Part shown: positions 8,076 to 17,392 of the stretch, piece by piece
How the letters are laid out: every line of letters starts with the position of its first letter
How positions within the stretch are numbered: position 1 is the stretch's first letter
Source of the DNA: Dudresnaya verticillata
Taxonomy: Eukaryota
Length of the DNA: 64,000 nt
NCBI GenBank assembly: GCA_977862235.1
Contig: OZ374565.1
Coordinates: 2,294,001-2,358,000, forward strand
Direction: 5' to 3'
Notes under the pieces: model-generated
Databases searched by the model: none
What the model saw: the letters and a program-made list of their open reading frames with translations, nothing else
What the model was told of the DNA's origin: nothing
Program-made: the position numbers and the translations under genes

Positions 8076-11000
8076 TTCAACTTTATAACAGGTGATCATA
8101 TTCTAATATTTGTCGACGTACAATCTACTGTAGTATCACAACAAAGTTAAACCCCAACTCAAAACAACTTGCACATCTACACCTCCTGTTGGATCCCTTC
8201 CATCAGGCACTTGACGTTGTTCTGCACCAGTCGCGCCGCGTGCCTGTGGAATAGAGCCGCTCGCGAAACACCGCGAGTTACCATGGCCCGAGAAGCCACA
8301 GTATCCGCCAACTCTTGCATGTACTTGTGCGCCTCCGGGTGCCAGCCACCTAGTGTGGTCATCGGCACCGGCACAAGTCTTGCCCCCGGTCCGGCAGCCT
8401 GGATGAAGCCACGGTAAGTCCTCACCTTGTCAGCGTGGGCGTTCTTCAGCGTCCCTTGCGGGTTTGTTATGCAGCTGAGAACGCGTTGTTCTGACGACAG
8501 TGGATGACTGATTGTGACGTCCAGGTAGTCCGTTCCTCCTTCTGTTCCAAGCGCCTTGATGTCCGGCCGATCCAGGTGAGCCCCCACAGGGCGGGGCTCC
8601 ACAATCGGGGTGCGTGTTGCACGTTTCAGATCCGAAGCCAGCAGACGAACCTGAGAGTCGTGGCGCCACGACCGAGGAGATCCGCTGTTCCGCATGCCGT
8701 TCGGACAAATCAGCAGATGGTCGCCGTGAACATCCATCTTCTTCTTGCACCCGGCCCGAGGACACTCCGTGTCGGGTTCCAGCAGTGGAATCCGACAGTA
8801 GAATCGAAGCCATACGCGGTAGTCCCGATCCGCAATGTACGTCTTCATGCCTGGTGCCGGCTGGCACTTGAGCCAGTCCTTGGCGCCCGGCGCGCCAAGG
8901 GAAGCTCGGAAAGCTTGCGTCCGCCTGTCCCCGAGCGGCAGCTCGGCTTGCACTTTCTTCAGTACCAACCGCGTCAAGTCCCTCTGGCGTGGGCACTCGT
9001 CGCTGTCGATCTTCTCCAGGTCCAGAGCATCCTCACTATGGCACTTGGCGCTCCAGTCTTCGTGCGCTTCTACTGCAAAAGGATCGTCAGAAAGAGCAGT
9101 GTTCACAGAAGCGGGTAAGATAGAACGCAGTAAGTTGCGGGTCAGTGAAAGGGACGCCAAAAACGCGCTCGAGTTCATGTCGCCAGCTCCCGAAATACCG
9201 ATTCCGAAGCTGGGCTCTTTCGTGCGCAGGGGAAGCTGAAGTTCGCGGAAGGTGTCCCTCGGTAGGACTCCTCCCACGAGCTTGCGCATGCAAGCCTCAA
9301 TCTTCTGGTCGAAGAGCTCGGCGCCCTTCGCCGTGGCGGATGATGGAACTACTCGCAGCAGGTAGTTCAGCCGGCAGACTCCGGCACAGTTCCGGAGTAG
9401 AGTGATGGCCACGTGTAGGTCTTCTAGTCCCGAAATTGCGTCCAGCAGGGGCTGGATGGACTCTACATGGCCCTTCACGCTCTCCTCCATGTAGTTCTGC
9501 GTTCCAATCGGAGCCTGAAGTACTGTAGTGCCTTCTCCGTAGCTCTGCCCAAGATCCGACGGGTAGGCAGCGCAGTCTTCTGGGTCGGGTGCAGTAGGCC
9601 ACCAAACAGTACACTTGTCCATGCGCAGGTGGAAGCCATAGCCCTTAGCTTCCTCGGAGTCAAAGAAGGACAGAACCTTCCTGAGTACGGCGTGTTTCGC
9701 CACGATGACGCCGTCGTCCAGGTAGAACAGTGACAGCAGCAAGTTGTTCGCCCCCTCCGCTTGCTGATTGCGGCCCGAGCGCCGCAGGTCGGCGGTGAGT
9801 TCCTTCAACTGTTTGATCAGTGCCTGCAGCACCAAAGCAAACAGTAACGGCCCGAGCGGGTCACCTTGCTGTACACCAGTGACACTCCGCAGTAGAGTGT
9901 CACCCATCCACAGGTGCGGGCCCTCAGAGTCATAACAGTATCTGACCCACGGTAGTAGTTCAGGCATATGTCGGCGGACCTCCTTCATGAATGCTTTGCG
10001 GCTGACAAGGTTGAAGGCATTCTTCAAGTCCACTTGTAGCAACCCGTAGGACTTGTCATGGCCGTGAGACTTCTGCAGCTTCCGGACCGCGTGTACAATC
10101 GCTTCTGTGCCGCCCGAGGTTGCGACCCCGAGCTGAAGCGGTTCGAGGTATGCCTTGGCCTTGGGAGCGACTCTGGTCATGAGCATAGAGCTCACGAGTC
10201 GTCGGATTGTCTCTCCTACAGCAATGGGGCGGACACCGCCGGTGCGCTTCTTCAGAGCCGTGAGAGGAGCGCTGGCAATCCAAGGCGACAGCTCCGCAGG
10301 TCCTGCACCGTTGGCCAGCACGTTGACCATTTTGGTGAGCCCGCCAAGCAGGCCCGTGTGCTCGTGGGTGGTCGGGACTGAGAGCAGTTCCTGCAGATGG
10401 GTCGGTGATAGTCCTGTGCCCCCCGAGGCCGAAGCCCGGGGGAACTTGGCCACTGCTTTTCGTACTTCGTCGGCTGTGAAAGGCACGAAGTCAGGGATGG
10501 TCGGCAGCGGTTCGGACTGGTCAAGCTCGTGGTCCGCGTCGGTTTGCGGTACGGACTGTGGGTGCTTGTCCTTCATGGACTGTATCACAGAGTCTGTGGC
10601 TGGCGCGATTCCATCAGAGTCTAGAGCTGCTGCTGCCTTACTGTAGGCGCCCTCCTTTGCGAGGCGAAGGGCTCGTGAGGCGTTGATACGGCGTTGCTCT
10701 TCTGCGGAAGGCGCAGTCTGCTCACGGAATGTCGAGCCCTTCAAGGCCTCCTGCCATAGGGCGTCGTAATCCTTGAGTCCCCAGCGGCGGATTCGATCGC
10801 GGAAGGTCCCGATCGAGGACGCAGAGGTTGACGCGCCGGCCCTTGCACTCGCCGCGGGAGGATTGGACAAGACGGCTGCTGGAAAAAGCAGGAATGCAGT
10901 GAGCTCTTTGGTGGCTTCCTGAGAGTTGTTTGCGTTCGTAAAAGCCCATACCGTCTTGGACAGTGCGTCGCGCACCTCTGCGCGGACGCGAGACGGTATA

Positions 11001-12720
11001 TGTGTGACCATAGGGATATGCGAGCGACAGATATCTTCGACCGCCGGCAGAAGCTGCCCTCCTGGACCCCGCGCAGCGTGTCGGGTTTGCGCAGTTGGTA
11101 CCACTTGAGTAGCTGGTACCGGTGCAGGAGGCGGCTCCTGGCTGTCCGGGATTCGTCGCGGGGCTGGCAGGATATCGTCCGCCGGCTCGCCGTCCTCGGG
11201 TTGCGTCTCCGTGACCGCGTCCAGAGCAGGAGTCTGTGATGGCGCGGCTACAGTTTCTTCACGGCTCGGTGTCGTCAATTGGTTGGACGGGACGTGGGAG
11301 AACGCCGGAGTGCGAGTGGCGGGACATGCGCTGCAATTCTTGTACCGCATACTGTACATGCCTTCACTGTTCATGCGGGAGCTACAGTGGGTAGGCATGT
11401 ACTTGTTGTGAGTCACACAGTACCATACGCCATAGTCCAGGAGCTGCTGCTTGAGAGGCTCGATGTCGGTCCTCGTCGGTGGTCCTCGCCTGCCAGGAAC
11501 ATGCATCTTCCGCAGGTGCATGAGTAGCGCTTCTACAGTAGGCAGTGAGGACGACTGGCAGCCCAGAGGACAGCTGATACTGTTTGTCGGGCGGTGTTTT
11601 GCCGAAGGCATAAAGCATGGAGAGAGCCATACCTTCGGCATGTCGGGGTGCTGCTGACCAATCATGGTTACAGCGCTGGGTAAGGTACCTGTAAAGGTCC
11701 TCTACAGTAGGTTCCCACGGGGCACAGACCTCCTAACCGGGACGCAAGCCTGTCGTCCGTCGTCAGTCTGTTCGGGACACCTCCAGAGGGTGCTACAGGT
11801 GGCCTTGCTGCGAGATGAAGGCCTCTTCGCAGCGTAGGGCGCGAGATCGCGCAATTTGCGCACGAGCTCGCGCAAAAGGGCGCGCGTGTTAGCGTTCGTG
11901 CGCGCAGACTTATCGGACGTTCCCTTCCCTGCCGCAGCTGAGAAGACTCTCTTCACTGCGGTCCTGTAACGCGCGGTACTTCTCGTTTGCACAAGCTCTC
12001 AATGGGGTCGCAGAACCACCGTTTACCTGTGAGTGCCCACAGGATTTTTGGCCTCCCCCGAAGGTTCGCTGGCAGGACGTTCGCTCGATCTTAGAAGGGG
12101 TGGTTTCAAAACAGGATCCACCAGGCTTAAGCCACGTTACCCCAACTTCGACGTTGCTTGGCACGTTTCTGCGATGAGCTTGTGGGTCACGAGCCGCCTA
12201 CCACTCAAGGTCGAGGGTCTTTGGCGATTCCCACACTTGTAGGTCTCTCGGCACTTCCCGAAGGAAGATTTTACAGGACAAGCCTGGCCTTTACCAATCT
12301 GTCAGTTGAAGGGTGTGAAACCCCTCTGTCGACAGTCCACGGCAGCCTAGACAGAGTCTAGGCTGTGCCGGGTACAAGCAAAACGCGTACAGGGCCAGGG
12401 AAAGAAAGATAAGTCAGTGGGGCCCGGGCAAATTTCAAGGTGAGGGATCACCTTAAAAGTAAGCGCAAAATAGGAAACGCGTGACCGTCGGCGACGACGG
12501 CGGCGGCGACGGCGGCGACGACGACGGCGTCGCGGCGCAGATCGGCGGCGCAAAAAGAGACAAAAGTAGACCGCGCTCGCCCGCCGTCAAAGGTGAAGGG
12601 CTGAAAAACCCCGCACCGACGCGCCGTCGCGCGCTCGAACAGGCGGCACCGCCGCCGAAAAGATCGGTGCAGAACTTGCTGAGAAATCTCCGAAACAAAA
12701 AATTCGGCAGATCGCGAGGG
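8076..12720 (-). mobile_element. Copy E2: full-length (subfamily B)
   Basis: Same structure as E1. Followed by AGTACTGAGGTGAG (12721-12734). Confidence 0.95.
8177..11665 (-). CDS. ZnF-RT-CCHC-RLE protein, 1162 aa
   Basis: Intact ORF, same motifs as 3509-6997. Confidence 0.95.
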   Translation of the reverse strand: MIGQQHPDMPKVWLSPCFMPSAKHRPTNSISCPLGCQSSSLPTVEALLMHLRKMHVPGRRGPPTRTDIEPLKQQLLDYGVWYCVTHNKYMPTHCSSRMNSEGMYSMRYKNCSACPATRTPAFSHVPSNQLTTPSREETVAAPSQTPALDAVTETQPEDGEPADDILPAPRRIPDSQEPPPAPVPATQVVPTAQTRHAARGPGGQLLPAVEDICRSHIPMVTHIPSRVRAEVRDALSKTVWAFTNANNSQEATKELTAFLLFPAAVLSNPPAASARAGASTSASSIGTFRDRIRRWGLKDYDALWQEALKGSTFREQTAPSAEEQRRINASRALRLAKEGAYSKAAAALDSDGIAPATDSVIQSMKDKHPQSVPQTDADHELDQSEPLPTIPDFVPFTADEVRKAVAKFPRASASGGTGLSPTHLQELLSVPTTHEHTGLLGGLTKMVNVLANGAGPAELSPWIASAPLTALKKRTGGVRPIAVGETIRRLVSSMLMTRVAPKAKAYLEPLQLGVATSGGTEAIVHAVRKLQKSHGHDKSYGLLQVDLKNAFNLVSRKAFMKEVRRHMPELLPWVRYCYDSEGPHLWMGDTLLRSVTGVQQGDPLGPLLFALVLQALIKQLKELTADLRRSGRNQQAEGANNLLLSLFYLDDGVIVAKHAVLRKVLSFFDSEEAKGYGFHLRMDKCTVWWPTAPDPEDCAAYPSDLGQSYGEGTTVLQAPIGTQNYMEESVKGHVESIQPLLDAISGLEDLHVAITLLRNCAGVCRLNYLLRVVPSSATAKGAELFDQKIEACMRKLVGGVLPRDTFRELQLPLRTKEPSFGIGISGAGDMNSSAFLASLSLTRNLLRSILPASVNTALSDDPFAVEAHEDWSAKCHSEDALDLEKIDSDECPRQRDLTRLVLKKVQAELPLGDRRTQAFRASLGAPGAKDWLKCQPAPGMKTYIADRDYRVWLRFYCRIPLLEPDTECPRAGCKKKMDVHGDHLLICPNGMRNSGSPRSWRHDSQVRLLASDLKRATRTPIVEPRPVGAHLDRPDIKALGTEGGTDYLDVTISHPLSSEQRVLSCITNPQGTLKNAHADKVRTYRGFIQAAGPGARLVPVPMTTLGGWHPEAHKYMQELADTVASRAMVTRGVSRAALFHRHAARLVQNNVKCLMEGIQQEV

Positions 12721-12734
12721 AGTACTGAGGTGAG

Positions 12735-15700
12735 TTCAACTTTATAACAGGTGACCATATTCTAATATTTGTCGACGTACAATCTACTGTAGTATCACAA
12801 CAAAGTTAAACCCCAACTCAAAACAACCTGCACATCTACACCTCCTGTTGGATCCCTTCCATCAGGCACTTGACGTTGTTCTGCACCAGTCGCGCCGCGT
12901 GCCTGTGGAACAGAGCCGCTCGCGAAACACCGCGAGTTACCATGGCCCGAGAAGCCACGGTATCCGCCAACTCTTGCATATACTTGTGCGCCTCCGGGTG
13001 CCAGCCACCTAGTGTGGTCATCGGCACCGGCACAAGCCTTGCCCCCGGTCCGGCAGCCTGGATGAAGCCACGGTAAGTCCGCACCTTGTCAGCGTGGGCG
13101 TTCTTCAGCGTCCCTTGCGGGTTTGTTATGCAGCTGAGAATGCGTTGTTCTGACGACAGTGGATGACTGATTGTGACGTCCAGGTAGTCCGTTCCTCCTT
13201 CTGTTCCAAGCGCCTTGATGTCCGGCCGATCCAAGTGAGCCCCCACAGGGCGGGGCTCCACAATCGGGGTGCGTGTCGCACGTTTCAGATCCGAAGCCAG
13301 CAGACGAACCTGAGAGTCGTGGCGCCACGACCGAGGAGATCCGCTGTTCCGCATGCCGTTCGGACAAATCAGCAGATGGTCGCCGTGAACATCCATCATC
13401 TTCTTGCACCCGGCCCGAGGACACTCCGTGTCGGGTTCCAGCAGTGGAATCCGACAGTAGAATCGAAGCCATACGCGGTAGTCCCGATCCGCAATGTACG
13501 TCTTCATGCCTGGTGCCGGCTGGCACTTGAGCCAGTCCTTGGCGCCCGGCACGCCAAGGGAAGCTCGGAAAGCTTGCGTCCGCCTGTCCCCGAGCGGCAG
13601 CTCGGCTTGCACTTTCTTCAGAACCAACCGCGTCAAGTCCCGCTGGCGCGGGCACTCGTCGCTGTCGATCTTCTCCAGGTCCAGGGCATCCTCACTATGG
13701 CACTTGGCGCTCCAGTCTTCGTGCGCTTCTACTGCAAAAGGATCGTCAGAAAGAGCAGTGTTCACAGAAGCGGGTAAGATAGAACGCAGTAAGTTGCGGG
13801 TCAGTGAAAGGGACGCCAAAAACGCGCTCGAGTTCATGTCGCCAGCTCCCGAAATACCGATTCCGAAGCTGGGCTCTTTCGTGCGCAGGGGAAGCTGAAG
13901 TTCGCGGAAGGTGTCCCTCGGTAGGACTCCTCCCACGAGCTTGCGCATGCAAGCCTCAATCTTCTGGTCGAAGAGCTCGGCGCCCTTTGCCGTGGCGGAT
14001 GATGGAACTACTCGCAGCAGGTAGTTCAGCCGGCAGACTCCGGCACAGTTGCGGAGTAGAGTGATGGCCACGTGTAGGTCTTCTAGTCCCGAAATTGCGT
14101 CCAGCAGGGGCTGGATGGACTCGACATGGCCATTCACGCTCTCCTCCATGTAGTTCTGCGTTCCAATCGGAGCCTGAAGTACTGTAGTGCCTTCTCCGTA
14201 GCTCTGCCCAAGATCCGACGGGTAGGCAGCGCAGTCTTCTGGGTCGGGTGCAGTAGGCCACCAAACAGTACACTTGTCCATGCGCAGGTGGAAGCCATAG
14301 CCCTTAGCTTCCTCGGAGTCAAAGAAGGACAGAACCTTCCTGAGTACGGCGTGTTTCGCCACGATGACGCCGTCGTCCAGGTAGAACAGTGACAGCAGCA
14401 AGTTGTTCGCCCCCTCCGCTTGCTGATTGCGGCCCGAGCGCCGCAGGTCGGCGGTGAGTTCCTTCAACTGTTTGATCAGTGCCTGCAGCACCAAAGCAAA
14501 CAGTAACGGCCCGAGCGGGTCACCTTGCTGTACACCAGTGACACTCCGCAGTAGAGTGTCACCCATCCACAGGTGCGGGCCCTCAGAGTCATAACAGTAT
14601 CTGACCCACGGTAGTAGTTCAGGCATATGTCGGCGGACCTCCTTCATGAATGCTTTGCGGCTGACAAGGTTGAAGGCATTCTTCAAGTCCACTTGTAGCA
14701 ACCCGTAGGACTTGTCATGGCCGTGAGACTTCTGCAGCTTCCGGACCGCGTGTACAATGGCTTCTGTGCCGCCCGAGGTTGCGACCCCGAGCTGAAGCGG
14801 TTCGAGGTATGCCTTGGCCTTGGGAGCGACTCTGGTCATGAGCATAGAGCTCACGAGTCGTCGGATTGTCTCTCCTACAGCAATGGGGCGGACACCGCCG
14901 GTGCGCTTCTTCAGAGCCGTGAGAGGAGCGCTGGCAATCCAAGGCGACAGCTCCGCAGGTCCTGCGCCGCTGGCCAGCACGTTGACCATTTTGGTGAGCC
15001 CGCCAAGCAGGCCCGTGTGCTCGTGAGTGGTCGGGACTGAGAGCAGTTCCTGCAGATGGGTCGGTGATAGTCCTGTTCCCCCCGAGGCCGAAGCCCGGGG
15101 GAACTTGGCCACTGCTTTTCGTACTTCGTCGGCTGTGAAAGGCACGAAGTCAGGCATGGTCGGCAGCGGTTCGGACTGGTCAAGCTCGTGGTCCGCGTCG
15201 GTTTGCGGTACGGACTGCGGGTGCTTGTCCTTCATGGACTGTATCACAGAGTCTGTGGCTGGGGCGATTCCATCAGAGTCTAGAGCTGCTGCTGCCTTAC
15301 TGTAGGCGCCCTCCTTTGCAAGGCGAAGGGCTCGTGAGGCATTGATACGGCGTTGCTCTTCTGCGGAAGGCGCAGTCTGCTCACGGAATGTCGAGCCCTT
15401 CAAGGCCTCCTGCCATAGGGCGTCGTAATCCTTGAGTCCCCAGCGTCGGATTCGATCGCGGAAGGTGCCGATCGAGGACGCAGAGGTTGACGCGCTGGCC
15501 CTTGCACTCGCGGCGGGAGGATTGGACAAGACGGCTGCTGGAAAAAGCAGGAATGCAGTGAGCTCTTTGGTGGCTTCCTGAGAGTTGGTTGCGTTCGTAA
15601 AAGCCCATACCGTCTTGGACAGTGCGTCGCGCACCTCGGCGCGGACGCGAGACGGTATATGTGTGACCATAGGGATATGCGAGCGACAGATGTCTTCGAC

Positions 15701-17378
15701 CGCCGGCAGAAGCTGCCCTCCTGGACCCCGCGCAACGGGTGGGGTTTGCGCAGTTGGTACCTCTCGAGTAGCAGGTACCGGTGCAGGAGGCGGCTCCTGG
15801 CTGTCCGGGATTCGTCGCGGGGCTGGCAGGATATCGTCCGCTGGCTCGCCGTCCTCGGGTTGCGTCTCCGTGACCGCGTCCAGAGCAGGAGACTGTGATG
15901 GCGCGGCTACAGTTTCTTCACGGCTCGGTGTCGTCAATTGGTTGGACGGGACGTGGGAGAACGCCGGAGTGCGAGTAGCGGGACATGCGCTGCAATTCTT
16001 GTACCGCATACTGTACATGCCTTCACTGTTCATGCGGGAGCTACAGTGGGTGGGCATGTACTTGTTGTGAGTCACACAGTACCATACTCCATAGTCCAGG
16101 AGCTGCTGCTTGAGAGGCTCGATGTCGGTCCTCGTCGGTGGTCCTCGCCTGCCAGGAACATGCATCTTCCGCAGGTGCATGAGTAGCGCTTCTACAGTAG
16201 GCAGTGAGGACGACTGGCAGCCCAGAGGACAGCTGGTACTGTTTGTCGGGCGGTGTTTTGCCGAAGGCATAAAGCATGGAGAGAGCCATACCTTCGGCAT
16301 GTCGGGGTGCTGCTGACCAATCATGGTTACAGCGCTGGGTAAGGTACCTGTAAAGGTCCTCTACAGTAGGTTCCCACGGGGCACAGACCTCCTAACCGGG
16401 ACGCAAGCCTGTCGTCCGTCGTCAGTCTGTTCGGGACACCTCCAGAGGGTGCTACAGGTGGCCTTGCTGCGAGATGAGGGCCTCTTCGCAGCGTAGGGCG
16501 CGAGATCGCGCACTTTGCGCACGAGCTCGCGCAAAAGGGCGCGCGTGTTAGCGTTCGTGCGCGCAGAGTTATCGGACGTTCCCTTCCCTGCCGCAGCTGA
16601 GAAGACTCTCTTCACTGCGGTCCTGTAACGCGCGGTACTTCTCGTTTGCACAAGCTCTCAATGGGGTCGCAGAACCACCGTTTACCTGTGAGTGCCCACA
16701 GGATTTTTGGCCTCCCCCGAAGGTTCGCTGGCAGGACGTTCGCTCGATCTTAGAAGGGGTGGTTTCAAAACAGGATCCACCAGGCTTAAGCCACGTTACC
16801 CCAACTTCGACGTTGCTTGGCACGTTTCTGCGATGAGCTTGTGGGTCACGAGCCGCCTACCACTCAAGGTCGAGGGTCTTTGGCGATTCCCACACTTGTA
16901 GGTCTCTCGGCACTTCCCGAAGGAAGATTTTACAGGACAAGCCTGGCCTTTACCAATCTGTCAGTTGAAGGGTGTGAAACCCCTCTGTCGACAGTCCACG
17001 GCAGCCTAGACAGAGTCTAGGCTGTGCCGGGTACAAGCAAAACGCGTACAGGGCCAGGGAAAGAAAGATAAGTCAGTGGGGCCCGGGCAAATTTCAAGGT
17101 GAGGGATCACCTTAAAAGTAAGCGCAAAATAGGAAACGCGTGACCGTCGGCGACGACGGCGGCGGCGACGGCGGCGACGACGACGGCGTCGCGGCGCAGA
17201 TCGGCGGCGCGGAAAGAGACAAAAGTAGACCGCGCTCGCCCGCCCGCGAAGGTGAAGGGCTGAAAAACCCCGCACCGACGCGCCGTCGCGCGCTCGAACA
17301 GGCGGCACCGCCGCCGAAAAGATCGGTGCAGAACTTGCTGAGAAATCTCCGAAACAAAAAATTCGGCAGATCGCGAGG
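12735..17378 (-). mobile_element. Copy E3: full-length (subfamily C)
   Basis: Followed by AGTACTGAGGTGAG (17379-17392). Confidence 0.95.
12836..16324 (-). CDS. ZnF-RT-CCHC-RLE protein, 1162 aa
   Basis: Intact ORF, same motifs. Confidence 0.95.
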   Translation of the reverse strand: MIGQQHPDMPKVWLSPCFMPSAKHRPTNSTSCPLGCQSSSLPTVEALLMHLRKMHVPGRRGPPTRTDIEPLKQQLLDYGVWYCVTHNKYMPTHCSSRMNSEGMYSMRYKNCSACPATRTPAFSHVPSNQLTTPSREETVAAPSQSPALDAVTETQPEDGEPADDILPAPRRIPDSQEPPPAPVPATREVPTAQTPPVARGPGGQLLPAVEDICRSHIPMVTHIPSRVRAEVRDALSKTVWAFTNATNSQEATKELTAFLLFPAAVLSNPPAASARASASTSASSIGTFRDRIRRWGLKDYDALWQEALKGSTFREQTAPSAEEQRRINASRALRLAKEGAYSKAAAALDSDGIAPATDSVIQSMKDKHPQSVPQTDADHELDQSEPLPTMPDFVPFTADEVRKAVAKFPRASASGGTGLSPTHLQELLSVPTTHEHTGLLGGLTKMVNVLASGAGPAELSPWIASAPLTALKKRTGGVRPIAVGETIRRLVSSMLMTRVAPKAKAYLEPLQLGVATSGGTEAIVHAVRKLQKSHGHDKSYGLLQVDLKNAFNLVSRKAFMKEVRRHMPELLPWVRYCYDSEGPHLWMGDTLLRSVTGVQQGDPLGPLLFALVLQALIKQLKELTADLRRSGRNQQAEGANNLLLSLFYLDDGVIVAKHAVLRKVLSFFDSEEAKGYGFHLRMDKCTVWWPTAPDPEDCAAYPSDLGQSYGEGTTVLQAPIGTQNYMEESVNGHVESIQPLLDAISGLEDLHVAITLLRNCAGVCRLNYLLRVVPSSATAKGAELFDQKIEACMRKLVGGVLPRDTFRELQLPLRTKEPSFGIGISGAGDMNSSAFLASLSLTRNLLRSILPASVNTALSDDPFAVEAHEDWSAKCHSEDALDLEKIDSDECPRQRDLTRLVLKKVQAELPLGDRRTQAFRASLGVPGAKDWLKCQPAPGMKTYIADRDYRVWLRFYCRIPLLEPDTECPRAGCKKMMDVHGDHLLICPNGMRNSGSPRSWRHDSQVRLLASDLKRATRTPIVEPRPVGAHLDRPDIKALGTEGGTDYLDVTISHPLSSEQRILSCITNPQGTLKNAHADKVRTYRGFIQAAGPGARLVPVPMTTLGGWHPEAHKYMQELADTVASRAMVTRGVSRAALFHRHAARLVQNNVKCLMEGIQQEV

Positions 17379-17392
17379 AGTACTGAGGTGAG

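Noticed and set aside
7677..8099. Poly-Arg, poly-Pro/Ser and Gly/Asp-rich ORFs at element 5' ends
   Set aside because: Translations of the (GGC/GAC)n tract. Their starts lie in the neighbouring copy and the frame shifts with each junction.
11702..12164. Possible ORF1 (84 and 96 aa) in the 5' UTR
   Set aside because: No recognisable domain. The 96-aa frame is broken by a 2-bp deletion in subfamily A copies that otherwise look intact.
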